Below are positions 25,297 to 34,177 of a DNA stretch of 64,000 nt, piece by piece. The translations under genes and the position numbers were made by a program. Origin of the DNA: a virus; the IMG/VR virus record IMGVR_UViG_3300003316_000080, positions 3,483 through 67,482 of that record. One strand, written 5' to 3'. The notes beneath the pieces are model-generated. The model was given only the letters and a program-made list of their open reading frames with translations. It was not told the origin of the DNA and did no database searches. Positions within the stretch are counted from its first letter, which is position 1. Each line of letters opens with the position of its first letter.

Positions 25297-25356
25297 GGAG
25301 ATTGTATATAAACTTCAAGCCAGAACGCAAGCACTTTCTTAGAAACTTTTTACTGC
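25297..25356 (-). promoter_or_regulatory. conserved ~60-bp leftward promoter element (copy 1 of 3)
   Basis: Minus strand reads CAGTAAAAAGTTTCT, then TTGCGT-N18-TACAAT; near-identical elements at 59170-59217 and 62156-62213. Confidence 0.5.
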
Positions 25357-25526
25357 CCTCTACAATGAGCCACCTGACCTGCTGCGCGTGGCGGTCTGGG
25401 GTGGAAGGTGATCCAGCATCAGGCTGGTGACTACAGGGGCGCCAGCTTCTAACGAACTTCCACGCTCACGTGTGCCCGGCGGTGGGTTGCCGTCGGGCTC
25501 TTTTACACAGAATCGTTGGGGGTTGT

Positions 25527-25940
25527 ATGCACCACATCAAGGGGAACTTGTACGCGGCGCGTCTCAACGAACGAGGCGACGTCCGCTTGGTCAAACTGAC
25601 CAGTCAGGCGGGTACGCGGGAGGTGGACTTTGACAAGCCCCTGCCTCCGCAGATCGTCGCGGTAGACACCATCCTAGACGCTGGCACATTCGCGGCCTTG
25701 GTAGTTGCTGTCAGCGCCCGTGGTGATGATTACAAACATACGCACTACCATCAGGTTCTTGCGAACCACCAGAAGCCGCAGTCAGCCGCTAGGCGCTACC
25801 TTGATGCCATCGTGTCGGCGTATAACGTAGCGGGTGAGTACGCTAAGGCGCGCGCAGTGGAGAGCATGGGAGAAGGTGATCTGCACCGTGCGATCGACAT
25901 GCTGCTTGCTGACTATGTGAACCGCCAGGAGTCAACATGA
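25527..25940 (+). CDS. hypothetical protein
   Basis: ATG MHHIKG; divergent from the leftward operon. Confidence 0.5.
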   Translation: MHHIKGNLYAARLNERGDVRLVKLTSQAGTREVDFDKPLPPQIVAVDTILDAGTFAALVVAVSARGDDYKHTHYHQVLANHQKPQSAARRYLDAIVSAYNVAGEYAKARAVESMGEGDLHRAIDMLLADYVNRQEST

Positions 25941-26149
25941 ACGAATACAACGCACTGGAGCGCCGGTGCCGCGAGGTGAACCAGTTGCCGGCATCGCCGG
26001 AGCGGGACAGGCTGGCGCGCGAACTCCAGATTGATCTGGGCGCAGCTTACTGCGAGATGGAAGCGCGACGCATCCGCACGACGAATCGAGTGCTCGTTCT
26101 GATCATCGCTGCTGTGATGGCAGCGGTGTACATCCTCCTGGAGGGCTGA
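25937..26149 (+). CDS. small membrane protein
   Basis: ATGA overlap; C-terminal TM helix VLVLIIAAVMAAVYILL. Confidence 0.45.
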   Translation: MNEYNALERRCREVNQLPASPERDRLARELQIDLGAAYCEMEARRIRTTNRVLVLIIAAVMAAVYILLEG

Positions 26150-26150
26150 C

Positions 26151-26297
26151 ATGCTTCTACGCCACTACACCAAGGTGTCTGACAACCCGGAGCGCTGGGA
26201 ATACCAGTGGATCACGCTGGAGGAATTCCAGCAGCGTGTGCAGCAACGAGTGGAGCAATCTGTACAGGAGGTGCCAAATGATCAAGTGGATCGGTGA
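26151..26297 (+). CDS. hypothetical small protein (48 aa)
   Basis: ATG 1 nt after upstream stop. Confidence 0.3.
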   Translation: MLLRHYTKVSDNPERWEYQWITLEEFQQRVQQRVEQSVQEVPNDQVDR

Positions 26298-26385
26298 CGT
26301 GTTCGAACTCGTGTGCACCTTCCTGATGGCAGTCGTCACTGTCTGCATCGGTGGAGACGAATATGACGACGAAGAGGATCTGTGA
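26278..26385 (+). CDS. small membrane peptide (35 aa)
   Basis: AGGAGG RBS; hydrophobic core then acidic tail. Confidence 0.25.
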   Translation: MIKWIGDVFELVCTFLMAVVTVCIGGDEYDDEEDL

Positions 26386-26563
26386 GTGCGCGGTGTGCAT
26401 TGCAGTGGACCTGCAGTACCAGCGCGAATGTGCACGCAACGAAGCGCGCCCGGCCGCCGTGCTGACTGATGCTGAGCGTGAACACGTCAGCTTCGAGGGC
26501 ATGGACGACATGGCTGAGTACCAGCGTCTGGAACTGCAGATCAAGAAAGAACTGGGGTGGTGA
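26363..26563 (+). CDS. hypothetical cysteine-containing small protein
   Basis: GGTGGAG RBS then ATG; CECAVC cluster. Confidence 0.4.
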   Translation: MTTKRICECAVCIAVDLQYQRECARNEARPAAVLTDAEREHVSFEGMDDMAEYQRLELQIKKELGW

Positions 26564-26721
26564 CCAGAACCAAGAGAACACCAAAGTCACCTCACACAGG
26601 GTGGCCGCCTGGACTTCTGCAAGACGATTGCCGCGAACTCTCGATCTGGTTCGCAAGCAAACCTGAAGCCCGCTACCTAGTTAGACAGGTCGCAGCAGAG
26701 ATCAAACGGAGCAAACAATGA
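26560..26721 (+). CDS. hypothetical small protein (53 aa)
   Basis: GTGA overlap upstream, ATGA overlap downstream. Confidence 0.3.
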   Translation: MTRTKRTPKSPHTGWPPGLLQDDCRELSIWFASKPEARYLVRQVAAEIKRSKQ

Positions 26722-26960
26722 GCAAGAAGGCAAAGAAGTTCAAGGCCAAAGAGTCGAAGTTGACACCTTGGTTTTCCGCACACGAATTCCCCAGCCGTCC
26801 TGGGTACTACCAGCGTGAGTACGAAAGCGGGCGGCACACGGAAGAGGCACCAGACTACTGGGACGGTCAGTGCTGGATCCTGTGCGACTTCTTTGGAAAC
26901 TTCTTGCATGAGTCTAGTGTCTGGCGCCGTTGGCGCGGCTACACCACACGTCAGGAGTGA
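26718..26960 (+). CDS. hypothetical protein (distant GWYEV-family paralog)
   Basis: PGYYQREY...YWDGQCW resembles the 18994 and 19344 proteins. Confidence 0.5.
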   Translation: MSKKAKKFKAKESKLTPWFSAHEFPSRPGYYQREYESGRHTEEAPDYWDGQCWILCDFFGNFLHESSVWRRWRGYTTRQE

Positions 26961-26962
26961 AC

Positions 26963-27181
26963 ATGATCGACAGACGCACGCTGAGGCAAAGTGACCCCAA
27001 CAGTCTGGCGTCGCGTATCTGTGCCTTCTTCTCCAACAATCCCGACGAGATGCTCACGTACAGCGACATTGCTGTGAAGTTTGACTGTACGGTTGAACAA
27101 GCTCGCAATGCTGTGAATGATCTACGCAAGAGGAAGAAGGGCGTAGACACCAGTCACATCGTACACAGAGCGGGTCAGTAA
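26963..27181 (+). CDS. hypothetical protein, possible winged-helix DNA-binding
   Basis: AGGAGTG RBS; helix-turn-helix-like LTYSDIAVKFDCTVEQARNAVNDL. Confidence 0.4.
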   Translation: MIDRRTLRQSDPNSLASRICAFFSNNPDEMLTYSDIAVKFDCTVEQARNAVNDLRKRKKGVDTSHIVHRAGQ

Positions 27182-27192
27182 AAACTTTCTGG
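27176..27192 (+). promoter_or_regulatory. palindromic CAGTAAA..TTTCTG motif
   Basis: CAGTAAAAACTTTCTGG overlapping the stop of 26963..27181. Confidence 0.4.
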
Positions 27193-27199
27193 AGCAGAC

Positions 27200-27409
27200 A
27201 TGGCAGAACAACTCACACACGAGCAGTTGGAGCAACTGGCAGACAAGATCACAGCACTGAGCGAGCAGCGTCTAGTTGCAGTCCGTGAACGTAACTGGAA
27301 GGCAGCACGCGATATGACAGAGCAGATGAAGGACTTGCACAAGCAGTATCTGGAGCAGTTTGACATGCTGTCTGCACAGGCACGTGTACTGCGTGTACTG
27401 AACAAGTAG
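27200..27409 (+). CDS. hypothetical protein
   Basis: Helical, charged; RBS GGAGCA. Confidence 0.5.
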   Translation: MAEQLTHEQLEQLADKITALSEQRLVAVRERNWKAARDMTEQMKDLHKQYLEQFDMLSAQARVLRVLNK

Positions 27410-27501
27410 CAAGACACTCGCACTGAACAACAAGTAAAAACCCAACAGACAAACACCACACTGATCAGGAGGCCCCTAGCAAACCTACATGAGATTTTGA
27501 T

Positions 27502-27921
27502 ATGGACGAAAAACGCAAACGTGGTCGGCCGGCTGGAGCAATGAACAAGCTCAGTCAGGAGGCTGTCAACCTCGCAAAGCAGACAGGTAAGTTGCCCCAT
27601 GAGATCTTGCTAGAGATCGCACGGGGCAATCCCATTTGTGTGCTGAGTATGGAAGAAGGCGTTCTGAAGCCTGTCTATGTCATGACAGATCCTGCACAGG
27701 TGCTTGATGCAGCAAAGGCAGCAGCACCGTACTTCGCGCCGAAGATTTCTACAGTTGAAGTGATTGCAGGGGTATCTGACCATGAACTTGATCGCATCAT
27801 TGCGCTCGCTGCCGCCGAAGCAGGCATTAGCCTTGGCGCTAGCGGAGAAGGCGAAGAGACAGAGGAAGAGGAACCAACTGAGCGAAGCAGCCGAAAGGGC
27901 CGTAGACAGCTACGCGAGTGA
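27502..27921 (+). CDS. terminase small subunit
   Basis: N-terminal KRKRGRPAG DNA-binding-type motif, PYFAPK motif, acidic tail; directly upstream of large terminase. Confidence 0.6.
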   Translation: MDEKRKRGRPAGAMNKLSQEAVNLAKQTGKLPHEILLEIARGNPICVLSMEEGVLKPVYVMTDPAQVLDAAKAAAPYFAPKISTVEVIAGVSDHELDRIIALAAAEAGISLGASGEGEETEEEEPTERSSRKGRRQLRE

Positions 27922-29629
27922 AGCAGAGGGGCCTCCTGTCCCTCTGCAGGTTTCCTCAGTCGTACTAGACGACACGCACGTAATCAGCCAACTGCTTACA
28001 ACAGGCAAGTTGTGTGCGGGTCCGTCTGCACAGCACATCCGCTACAAGATCTACTGGGGCGGTCGTGGTGCTGTGAAGTCGTGGGGCATGGCAGAAGCAC
28101 TAGTACGTCTGGCAGCTGCCAAGCCTCTACGCATACTGTGCTGCCGTGAGTTTCAGAACTCGATCAAGGACAGTGCACACAAACTGCTGAAAGACACGAT
28201 CGAGAGACTTGGTCTGTCTACGTGGTTCACTGTCACTGCCGACAGCATCAAGTCTCGTGTCGGTGCAGAGTTCATGTTCAAAGGCCTGCACAACAACGAG
28301 AACGGCATCAGGTCGACTGAAGGCGTAGATATCTGCTGGGTGGAAGAAGCACACAGCGTTACTGCACTTAGCTGGCAGAGCCTACTGCCCACGATCCGTG
28401 GTGACGAGTCAGAGATCTGGATCTCGTTCAACATGGTCGAAGAGAGTGATGCTACGTACCAGATGTTCGTAGCAAATGAACGCCCTCACTCGATCGTTCA
28501 CCACATCAATTACGACAGCAATCCGTTCCTACCGAAAGTGCTCCGTGATGAAATGGAGCACGACAAGAAGACGGACTACGCGCTGTACGAGCACATCTGG
28601 CTGGGCAAGCCTCGCAAGCGTAGTAACGCAATCGTCCTCAACGGCAAGTACCGCATTGAGGAATTCCCAGATGATCTGTACGAACACGCAGATAGGTTGT
28701 TCTTCGGTGCTGACTGGGGCTATGCAGAAGATCCGTCCACGCTGGTGCGTTGCTTCATCCTGAACAACAAGCTGTACATCGAGTACGAGGCATACGGCAA
28801 GCACATCGAACTGAACGACTACGCTGCGTTCTATGACCAAGTGCCCGGGTCACGTGACTGGCCTATCTATGCCGACAGCGCGTTGCCAGCAACGATCTCG
28901 CATGTGCGCGGTCTGGGCTTTGCGATCGATGCGGCAGAGAAGTGGCCGGGCAGTGTCGAAGACGGCATCAAGCATCTGCGGGGGTACGACGAGATCATCA
29001 TTCACCCGCGCTGCAAGATGGCGGCCGACGAGGCTTACAAGTGGCGGTACAAGGTCGACAAGAAGGTGCTGGATGCCAACATGCAGCCACTCGTACTGCC
29101 CACGCTGGTAGACGCACACAATCACTGCATTCCGGCTGGCGTGCTTGTGTCTACTGCGTGTGGCGATGTGCCTATTGAGCAAGTACAAGTAGGCGACCTC
29201 GTGTGGACGCGTGTTGGTCTGCGTCCTGTGTTGTGGGCAGGTGCCACAGACACGAACCGTGAAGTGCTGGAGATCACGTTGTCATCTGGTCATGTAGTGC
29301 GCTGCACTCCTGACCACGAAGTCTTCGTGAATGGTGAGTTCATTCGTGCAGACGCTGCTCAGGTGTCTGACAACATGAACACACTCGACAGCACGGCACA
29401 TGGCAGGCGAATTGGCACTGCGTCTGTAGTCTCTATCACTCGCATCGCGGAAAAGGCTGATGTTGTCTATGACGTAACGGTCGATGGACAACACGAGTTC
29501 TTCGCGAATGGTGTGCTGGTTCACAACTGCTGGGACGCGGTCCGGTACGCCCTACATGGCTACATCCCCAGATCGGGTGAGATGGGCGTGTGGAACAGAC
29601 TAGGCGCCCAAGCTCTGGGACAATCCTGA
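27782..29629 (+). CDS. terminase large subunit, intein-containing
   Basis: Walker A-like YWGGRGAVKS, C-terminal nuclease domain; start uncertain (first in-frame ATG overlaps TerS by ~140 nt). Confidence 0.8.
   Translation: MNLIASLRSLPPKQALALALAEKAKRQRKRNQLSEAAERAVDSYASEAEGPPVPLQVSSVVLDDTHVISQLLTTGKLCAGPSAQHIRYKIYWGGRGAVKSWGMAEALVRLAAAKPLRILCCREFQNSIKDSAHKLLKDTIERLGLSTWFTVTADSIKSRVGAEFMFKGLHNNENGIRSTEGVDICWVEEAHSVTALSWQSLLPTIRGDESEIWISFNMVEESDATYQMFVANERPHSIVHHINYDSNPFLPKVLRDEMEHDKKTDYALYEHIWLGKPRKRSNAIVLNGKYRIEEFPDDLYEHADRLFFGADWGYAEDPSTLVRCFILNNKLYIEYEAYGKHIELNDYAAFYDQVPGSRDWPIYADSALPATISHVRGLGFAIDAAEKWPGSVEDGIKHLRGYDEIIIHPRCKMAADEAYKWRYKVDKKVLDANMQPLVLPTLVDAHNHCIPAGVLVSTACGDVPIEQVQVGDLVWTRVGLRPVLWAGATDTNREVLEITLSSGHVVRCTPDHEVFVNGEFIRADAAQVSDNMNTLDSTAHGRRIGTASVVSITRIAEKADVVYDVTVDGQHEFFANGVLVHNCWDAVRYALHGYIPRSGEMGVWNRLGAQALGQS
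29126..29527 (+). mobile_element. mini-intein within terminase large subunit (134 aa)
   Basis: Begins CIPAGVLV (block A), TPDH (block B), ends GVLVHN followed by +1 Cys; no endonuclease domain. Confidence 0.7.
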
Positions 29630-29654
29630 ATGTTTTCAACGAAGGGGAACTGAA

Positions 29655-31892
29655 ATGCCACGTGTCTTGACACCATCGCCTCTCACCGCCGAACTGCGTG
29701 CGGCAGGGTTTCCATGGGCAGATGATTCCGGTGTACTGCGCGCTGCCGATGGCACTGTCATCAGTAGCGGTGGGGGTGCGTCGACCTTCACTGCGCTGAC
29801 GGATAGTGCGAGTGCAGACATTCCTGCCACCAATGCACCGACAGCAGCAGCACTCGCTCTGAAGGCTAGTCTGGTGAATGGCGGTGTACCGACATCGCAA
29901 CTGCCGCGATCCACTGCAGCCGTGACGCTCTCTGCAACGACGAGTGCAACTCCCACAGACGGCACCTTTGCTGCGCTGCCGGCGCAGGCGTGTACGGAAC
30001 TGGAGGTATTCAACGACAGCCAAGTGCCCGTCGAGTACCGCCGTAATGGCGCCGGCAACGTCGTCACACTCCTGGCGAATCAGCGTCGCCGCATCCTCGG
30101 CATCACCGACGCCAGCCAGATCGCATTCCGGCGCTCTGACTACGCAGTGGCCGGCCGGACGCAGCCGACGACGATCTCTGTCCGTGCTCGCACGAACACG
30201 GACACGTACACGCTTGCCGGCACGCTGTCGATGGTGCTCAGTGGTGGTTCGTACACGGCGTTTAGCAGCCTCGCGTGTACGTCCATGGAGATCTTCAACA
30301 ACTGCAACCACGACATCCTCTTCACGATCGACAGCGGCACGGCGTACAAGCTGCGTCACGGTGAGTCGGCTGTGATTCTGGGCATCGCCAACGCCAACCA
30401 AGTGCGTGTCAAGACCTATGATTCGATCGCTCGTCAATCTCGCAATCTCGAGGCCGAGTGCTGGACGGTAGGTCTGGGTCGGGAGACGCTGAGTCCGTAC
30501 CGTGCAGACGCCATCACGGCTGAAGCCGACATTCTCAACGGCGAGCCCAACTATCCGAACCTTCAGCCAATCGGCGCGGTCCTGACGCTGGGCAACCTGC
30601 GTCCTGTGCCGCGTCTGCGCAAGAAGCCGGTGGAGTTGGCGAAGTGGGATCTGGCGGCCAATGTGGTCACCAACCGTGCGGCTGACTTCGCTGACATCAC
30701 ACCGGCCGCTGTGGGCAAGGACGAGATTACCTTCGGCACCACGATCGTCGAGTACACGCAGTCTCAGACGGCGGAAGTACTGATCGCTCCTGCTGGTGTG
30801 CAGTCCACACCGGTCGACGTCTCCAATGGCTCGATCCACTTCACGCATGTGTGGCCGGACAACGCCGGCAACAACTACGGCGTGAACGGGCCTTCCAGCT
30901 TCATCATCGAACTGCACAGCGCGGGCTCGCCGTCAGCGCCCACGGCCAACTACCACACCAGTGGCGTACTGAACTCGCTGAATGCGGGCTTCATGGGCGC
31001 GTCCACGCTGGGCTATAACCTGCAGCGCTGCTTCTCTCTGCCGATCAACGCATTCACTGCGGCTGGCACGGGTGCTACGCTGACGGCGATCACCTGGGCC
31101 CGCATTCGCATCACGGGCCCGTCGGCGTCCAACGGCTGCAAGTTGCGCCCTGTCCGCCTCGACTTCGTGCCCAACGCGTTGACGAAGGGGACGGTGATCT
31201 TCACCTTCGACGACCTGCACGCGGGCGCCTGGACCAACGCGCTGCCGATCATGTCGAAGTACTCGTACCCGGGCGTCCTGTGCATGGACACCACGGTCAA
31301 GATGGGCCAGTCAGGCTTCCTGACACCCGAGCAGATCATTCAGATGCACCAGACGTACGGCTGGGAGGTCGGCTATCAGGTCTATCAGAACGAAACGGGG
31401 TTCAACCTCAACTCCGAATCCTGGATGCGCCAGGTCGGCAAGTGGGTGCTGGAGATGAACCGTCTGGGCATCCACGAGACGTACAACGGCTCGTACGGCT
31501 CGGGCACTGTGACGAACGTCGACGAAGAACGGCTGATGGCTGCTCGCCGTGCACTGTCGACGATGCGTCGCTTCACCAGTGGCACGAACACGTCCCCGCC
31601 CTTCAAGAACCCGGAGACGGTGCCCTACGGCGACCCGTACAACCTGCGGTGCCTCAACATGAGCAGTGGCTTCACGGCCGGCACGATCTACGATCGCTGG
31701 AAGGATCACGTCGATCAGGCCGTTGCTGCAAAGGGCGTGGCGATCTTCGCGTGTCACAGTGAATTCAACGGCGCCGGTGAAGCGCTGACGGCACTCGGTA
31801 CGCTCTGCGCGTACATCCGCACGCTGGAACTGGCCGGCAACTGCCAAGTGACCACCTTCGCCGGTCTGAACAAGCAGGCTTACGGGGTCTGA
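29655..31892 (+). CDS. large protein with C-terminal polysaccharide deacetylase (CE4/NodB-like) domain
   Basis: AAGGGGA RBS; C-terminal VIFTFDDLHAGAWTNALPIMSKYSYPGVLCMDTTV matches the NodB motif-1 region; N-terminal ~450 aa Ser/Thr/Ala-rich. Confidence 0.55.
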   Translation: MPRVLTPSPLTAELRAAGFPWADDSGVLRAADGTVISSGGGASTFTALTDSASADIPATNAPTAAALALKASLVNGGVPTSQLPRSTAAVTLSATTSATPTDGTFAALPAQACTELEVFNDSQVPVEYRRNGAGNVVTLLANQRRRILGITDASQIAFRRSDYAVAGRTQPTTISVRARTNTDTYTLAGTLSMVLSGGSYTAFSSLACTSMEIFNNCNHDILFTIDSGTAYKLRHGESAVILGIANANQVRVKTYDSIARQSRNLEAECWTVGLGRETLSPYRADAITAEADILNGEPNYPNLQPIGAVLTLGNLRPVPRLRKKPVELAKWDLAANVVTNRAADFADITPAAVGKDEITFGTTIVEYTQSQTAEVLIAPAGVQSTPVDVSNGSIHFTHVWPDNAGNNYGVNGPSSFIIELHSAGSPSAPTANYHTSGVLNSLNAGFMGASTLGYNLQRCFSLPINAFTAAGTGATLTAITWARIRITGPSASNGCKLRPVRLDFVPNALTKGTVIFTFDDLHAGAWTNALPIMSKYSYPGVLCMDTTVKMGQSGFLTPEQIIQMHQTYGWEVGYQVYQNETGFNLNSESWMRQVGKWVLEMNRLGIHETYNGSYGSGTVTNVDEERLMAARRALSTMRRFTSGTNTSPPFKNPETVPYGDPYNLRCLNMSSGFTAGTIYDRWKDHVDQAVAAKGVAIFACHSEFNGAGEALTALGTLCAYIRTLELAGNCQVTTFAGLNKQAYGV

Positions 31893-31897
31893 TCGCC

Positions 31898-32239
31898 ATG
31901 GCAACAACACCCACTCCAGCAGCACGCACTCTTGTGGTGGGCCCGAGTGCTTTCCGCGTCATCGACTTCGGCAAGCAGGCTCAACTCGATCTGTGCTTTG
32001 ACTGGTCGCAGACGACGTGGCTGACTGCGATCACGTCGTACACGCTGTCAGTTCCTTCTGGGCTCACCATCGAAGCAGAGAGCTTTGCCGACAAGAAGGT
32101 GACGGTCACACTGAAGTTCACTGATCCCACTGCGCTGTACGAAGGGCAGCTGTTCGATGTGGAGTGCGAGGTGATCACGAACGACACCCCTCCCCTGTCT
32201 GACACACGCAGCATCACCGTGCGTGCAGTCAGTCGCTAG
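31898..32239 (+). CDS. hypothetical protein
   Basis: Immediately follows the 745-aa gene. Confidence 0.45.
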   Translation: MATTPTPAARTLVVGPSAFRVIDFGKQAQLDLCFDWSQTTWLTAITSYTLSVPSGLTIEAESFADKKVTVTLKFTDPTALYEGQLFDVECEVITNDTPPLSDTRSITVRAVSR

Positions 32240-32461
32240 CGTGCGTATACTGGGAGCGGGCGGACCGGAACGCCGCCCCTCCTAGTCTTGTCTCCTCCTG
32301 CGATATAGAGCAAAGGGCTCCTCCTCACGGTGGGGCCCTTTCAATTTGTGCGTCTGACAGTTCGCCACTCCCCCAAAAGGGGGATGTAATGTCTTACAGG
32401 TTGACGCCGGACAATTCTCACGTTCCTTCAACGAACGTGCTCTATGAACAGGAGAACTGCC

Positions 32462-32572
32462 ATGAAATGGATGTACCGCTTCGGCCTCGCGGCCGTGCTC
32501 GCCTTCGTCTCTTCCCTCGGGCATGTCCAGGCCACGGACGCACACCCACAAGCACAGACAGCGCGGCAGTAA
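32462..32572 (+). CDS. small secreted peptide (36 aa) with signal peptide
   Basis: AGGAGA RBS; MKWMYRFGLAAVLAFVSSLGHVQA then TDAHPQAQTARQ; too short for the ORF track. Confidence 0.35.
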   Translation: MKWMYRFGLAAVLAFVSSLGHVQATDAHPQAQTARQ

Positions 32573-32584
32573 ACAGTTTCTGCC
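32565..32584 (+). promoter_or_regulatory. palindromic CAGTAAA..TTTCTG motif
   Basis: GGCAGTAAACAGTTTCTGCC followed by TATATAGGG. Confidence 0.4.
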
Positions 32585-32633
32585 GTATATAGGGCGCGGG
32601 AGCGATCTTGCGCCCTTTCCTTTTGGAGAACTC

Positions 32634-33239
32634 ATGAGCTACTCATTCACCAAGCGTGCTGCGACACGCTCAGCCTTGCTGGCGCTGGTCTGCCGTGAAC
32701 TCGATGTGATCGCGAAGCAGCAACCCCTGCATGAACACGATTTCGACCAGATCCTGAGCAACTTCGCCAATGCCGCGTCACTGGTGGCGCCGGACAAGGA
32801 TCGTCCCTACTCCGGCCACATGCTGCAAGCCGCGCTGAACGGATATGTGTCGTGGCGCAGCCGCAAGCATGAAGGTATCGAAGAGCCCGAGATCGTCGGC
32901 GTCAACATCTCGTGCAGCGTGTCGTGGTGCCAGATGACGCAAGCCGAACTGGCGGACGAGGCTGCGACGCGTGTGAGCGACCCCAGCGTGTACGGCTCCG
33001 GCGAGGGTGCGAATCCCCAAGTGGGCAATCCGCCTTACGGACAGGAAGAAGGCAGCGCTTACACGCCGCCGATCAACACGCAGATGTCGGCCATGGAAGC
33101 TGCCATCACCCGTTCTGGCCCGGCGCACCAGCCCCGTGATGAAGGCCCCTGCGGCATCACGAACTGCGATGCTTCGTGTGACAACCACAAGGGCTGCAGT
33201 GGCCTGACTGACACCGGCACCGGCCTGGGCACGGACTGA
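32634..33239 (+). CDS. hypothetical protein
   Basis: TGGAGA RBS then ATG (MSYSFTKRAA). Confidence 0.5.
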   Translation: MSYSFTKRAATRSALLALVCRELDVIAKQQPLHEHDFDQILSNFANAASLVAPDKDRPYSGHMLQAALNGYVSWRSRKHEGIEEPEIVGVNISCSVSWCQMTQAELADEAATRVSDPSVYGSGEGANPQVGNPPYGQEEGSAYTPPINTQMSAMEAAITRSGPAHQPRDEGPCGITNCDASCDNHKGCSGLTDTGTGLGTD

Positions 33240-33241
33240 CC

Positions 33242-33625
33242 ATGGTCACTGGTGAGTACCCAGTGCCTGGGACGGGCACCAAGGCGGCTGGTGTGGACGT
33301 CGGCGCCATCGTGCAGTCGCGTGACGCTCAGTACGGCGGCTTCGCGAACGTGGCGCGTGTCACGCAGACGATCAAGCACATCATTCGCGAGGAAGCGGAA
33401 GGCAGTCGTTTCCGTGCGATGACTGCCGACCAGCAAGAAGCCCTCGATATGATCGCTCACAAGATGGCGCGGATCATCTGTGGTGACGCTAACTGCATCG
33501 ACTCGTGGGCTGACATCGCCGGCTATGCGAAGCTGGTGGCTGATCGTCTGCAGTCAAGCGACAAGCCGGCCTGCGGCAGCGCAAGGCCGATGACGCGTCC
33601 TCACGACATCGGCACCGACCACTGA
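33242..33625 (+). CDS. hypothetical protein
   Basis: ATG 3 nt after upstream stop. Confidence 0.5.
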   Translation: MVTGEYPVPGTGTKAAGVDVGAIVQSRDAQYGGFANVARVTQTIKHIIREEAEGSRFRAMTADQQEALDMIAHKMARIICGDANCIDSWADIAGYAKLVADRLQSSDKPACGSARPMTRPHDIGTDH

Positions 33626-33642
33626 TCGACACTTGACCACCG

Positions 33643-33672
33643 AGGGCCCGTATACCTGCGGGCCCTTTTCAT
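33643..33672 (+). terminator. rho-independent terminator
   Basis: GGGCCCG...CGGGCCC stem followed by TTTTCATTT; same hairpin family as 6942-6977. Confidence 0.6.
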
Positions 33673-33685
33673 TTGGAGAAACAAG

Positions 33686-33889
33686 ATGAACGAGAGGCTC
33701 ACGGGACGGATACGACATCGACTCGGGTATGAAAGTGCCGGAGGGTTTCGGCCGCCACGCGCTGTGTTGGTCCTGCAAGTTGAAGTGTCACGTGAGGACG
33801 GGCCGCCCGATGGACAGGGCATGCCTGCATATCTGGCTGCTGTCTATTGGCGTGATGCCCGTGTCGAAGACATGCACCTGATCACATGA
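33686..33889 (+). CDS. hypothetical small protein
   Basis: GGAGA RBS. Confidence 0.4.
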   Translation: MNERLTGRIRHRLGYESAGGFRPPRAVLVLQVEVSREDGPPDGQGMPAYLAAVYWRDARVEDMHLIT

Positions 33890-34177
33890 ACATGCCAACC
33901 TGGGCTGACGTGGCGACCCTCGTCGCCTTCATCATTGCGGTTGCTGTCGTGGACCGCTTACTAGACTGGATGGACGAATGAACACACATGCTGCGGAAGG
34001 GCGCGCTCTTCAGTTGCGCTGCGCGTGTGAAGGCTGCGCAGAGGTTGCTGCCACACGGCGCCAACTGACTGCATATCATAACGACGATAGCAACTGGAAC
34101 TAGTTGTGCTTGTGGCACCAAGCTGAAGCCGATGCGTACTGGCAGGAACGCTGGGCTGACTACTATGGAGGTCTGCT

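Noticed and set aside
29436-30917. 493-aa ORF on the minus strand
   Set aside because: Antisense to TerL and the 745-aa gene; Arg-rich low-complexity translation.
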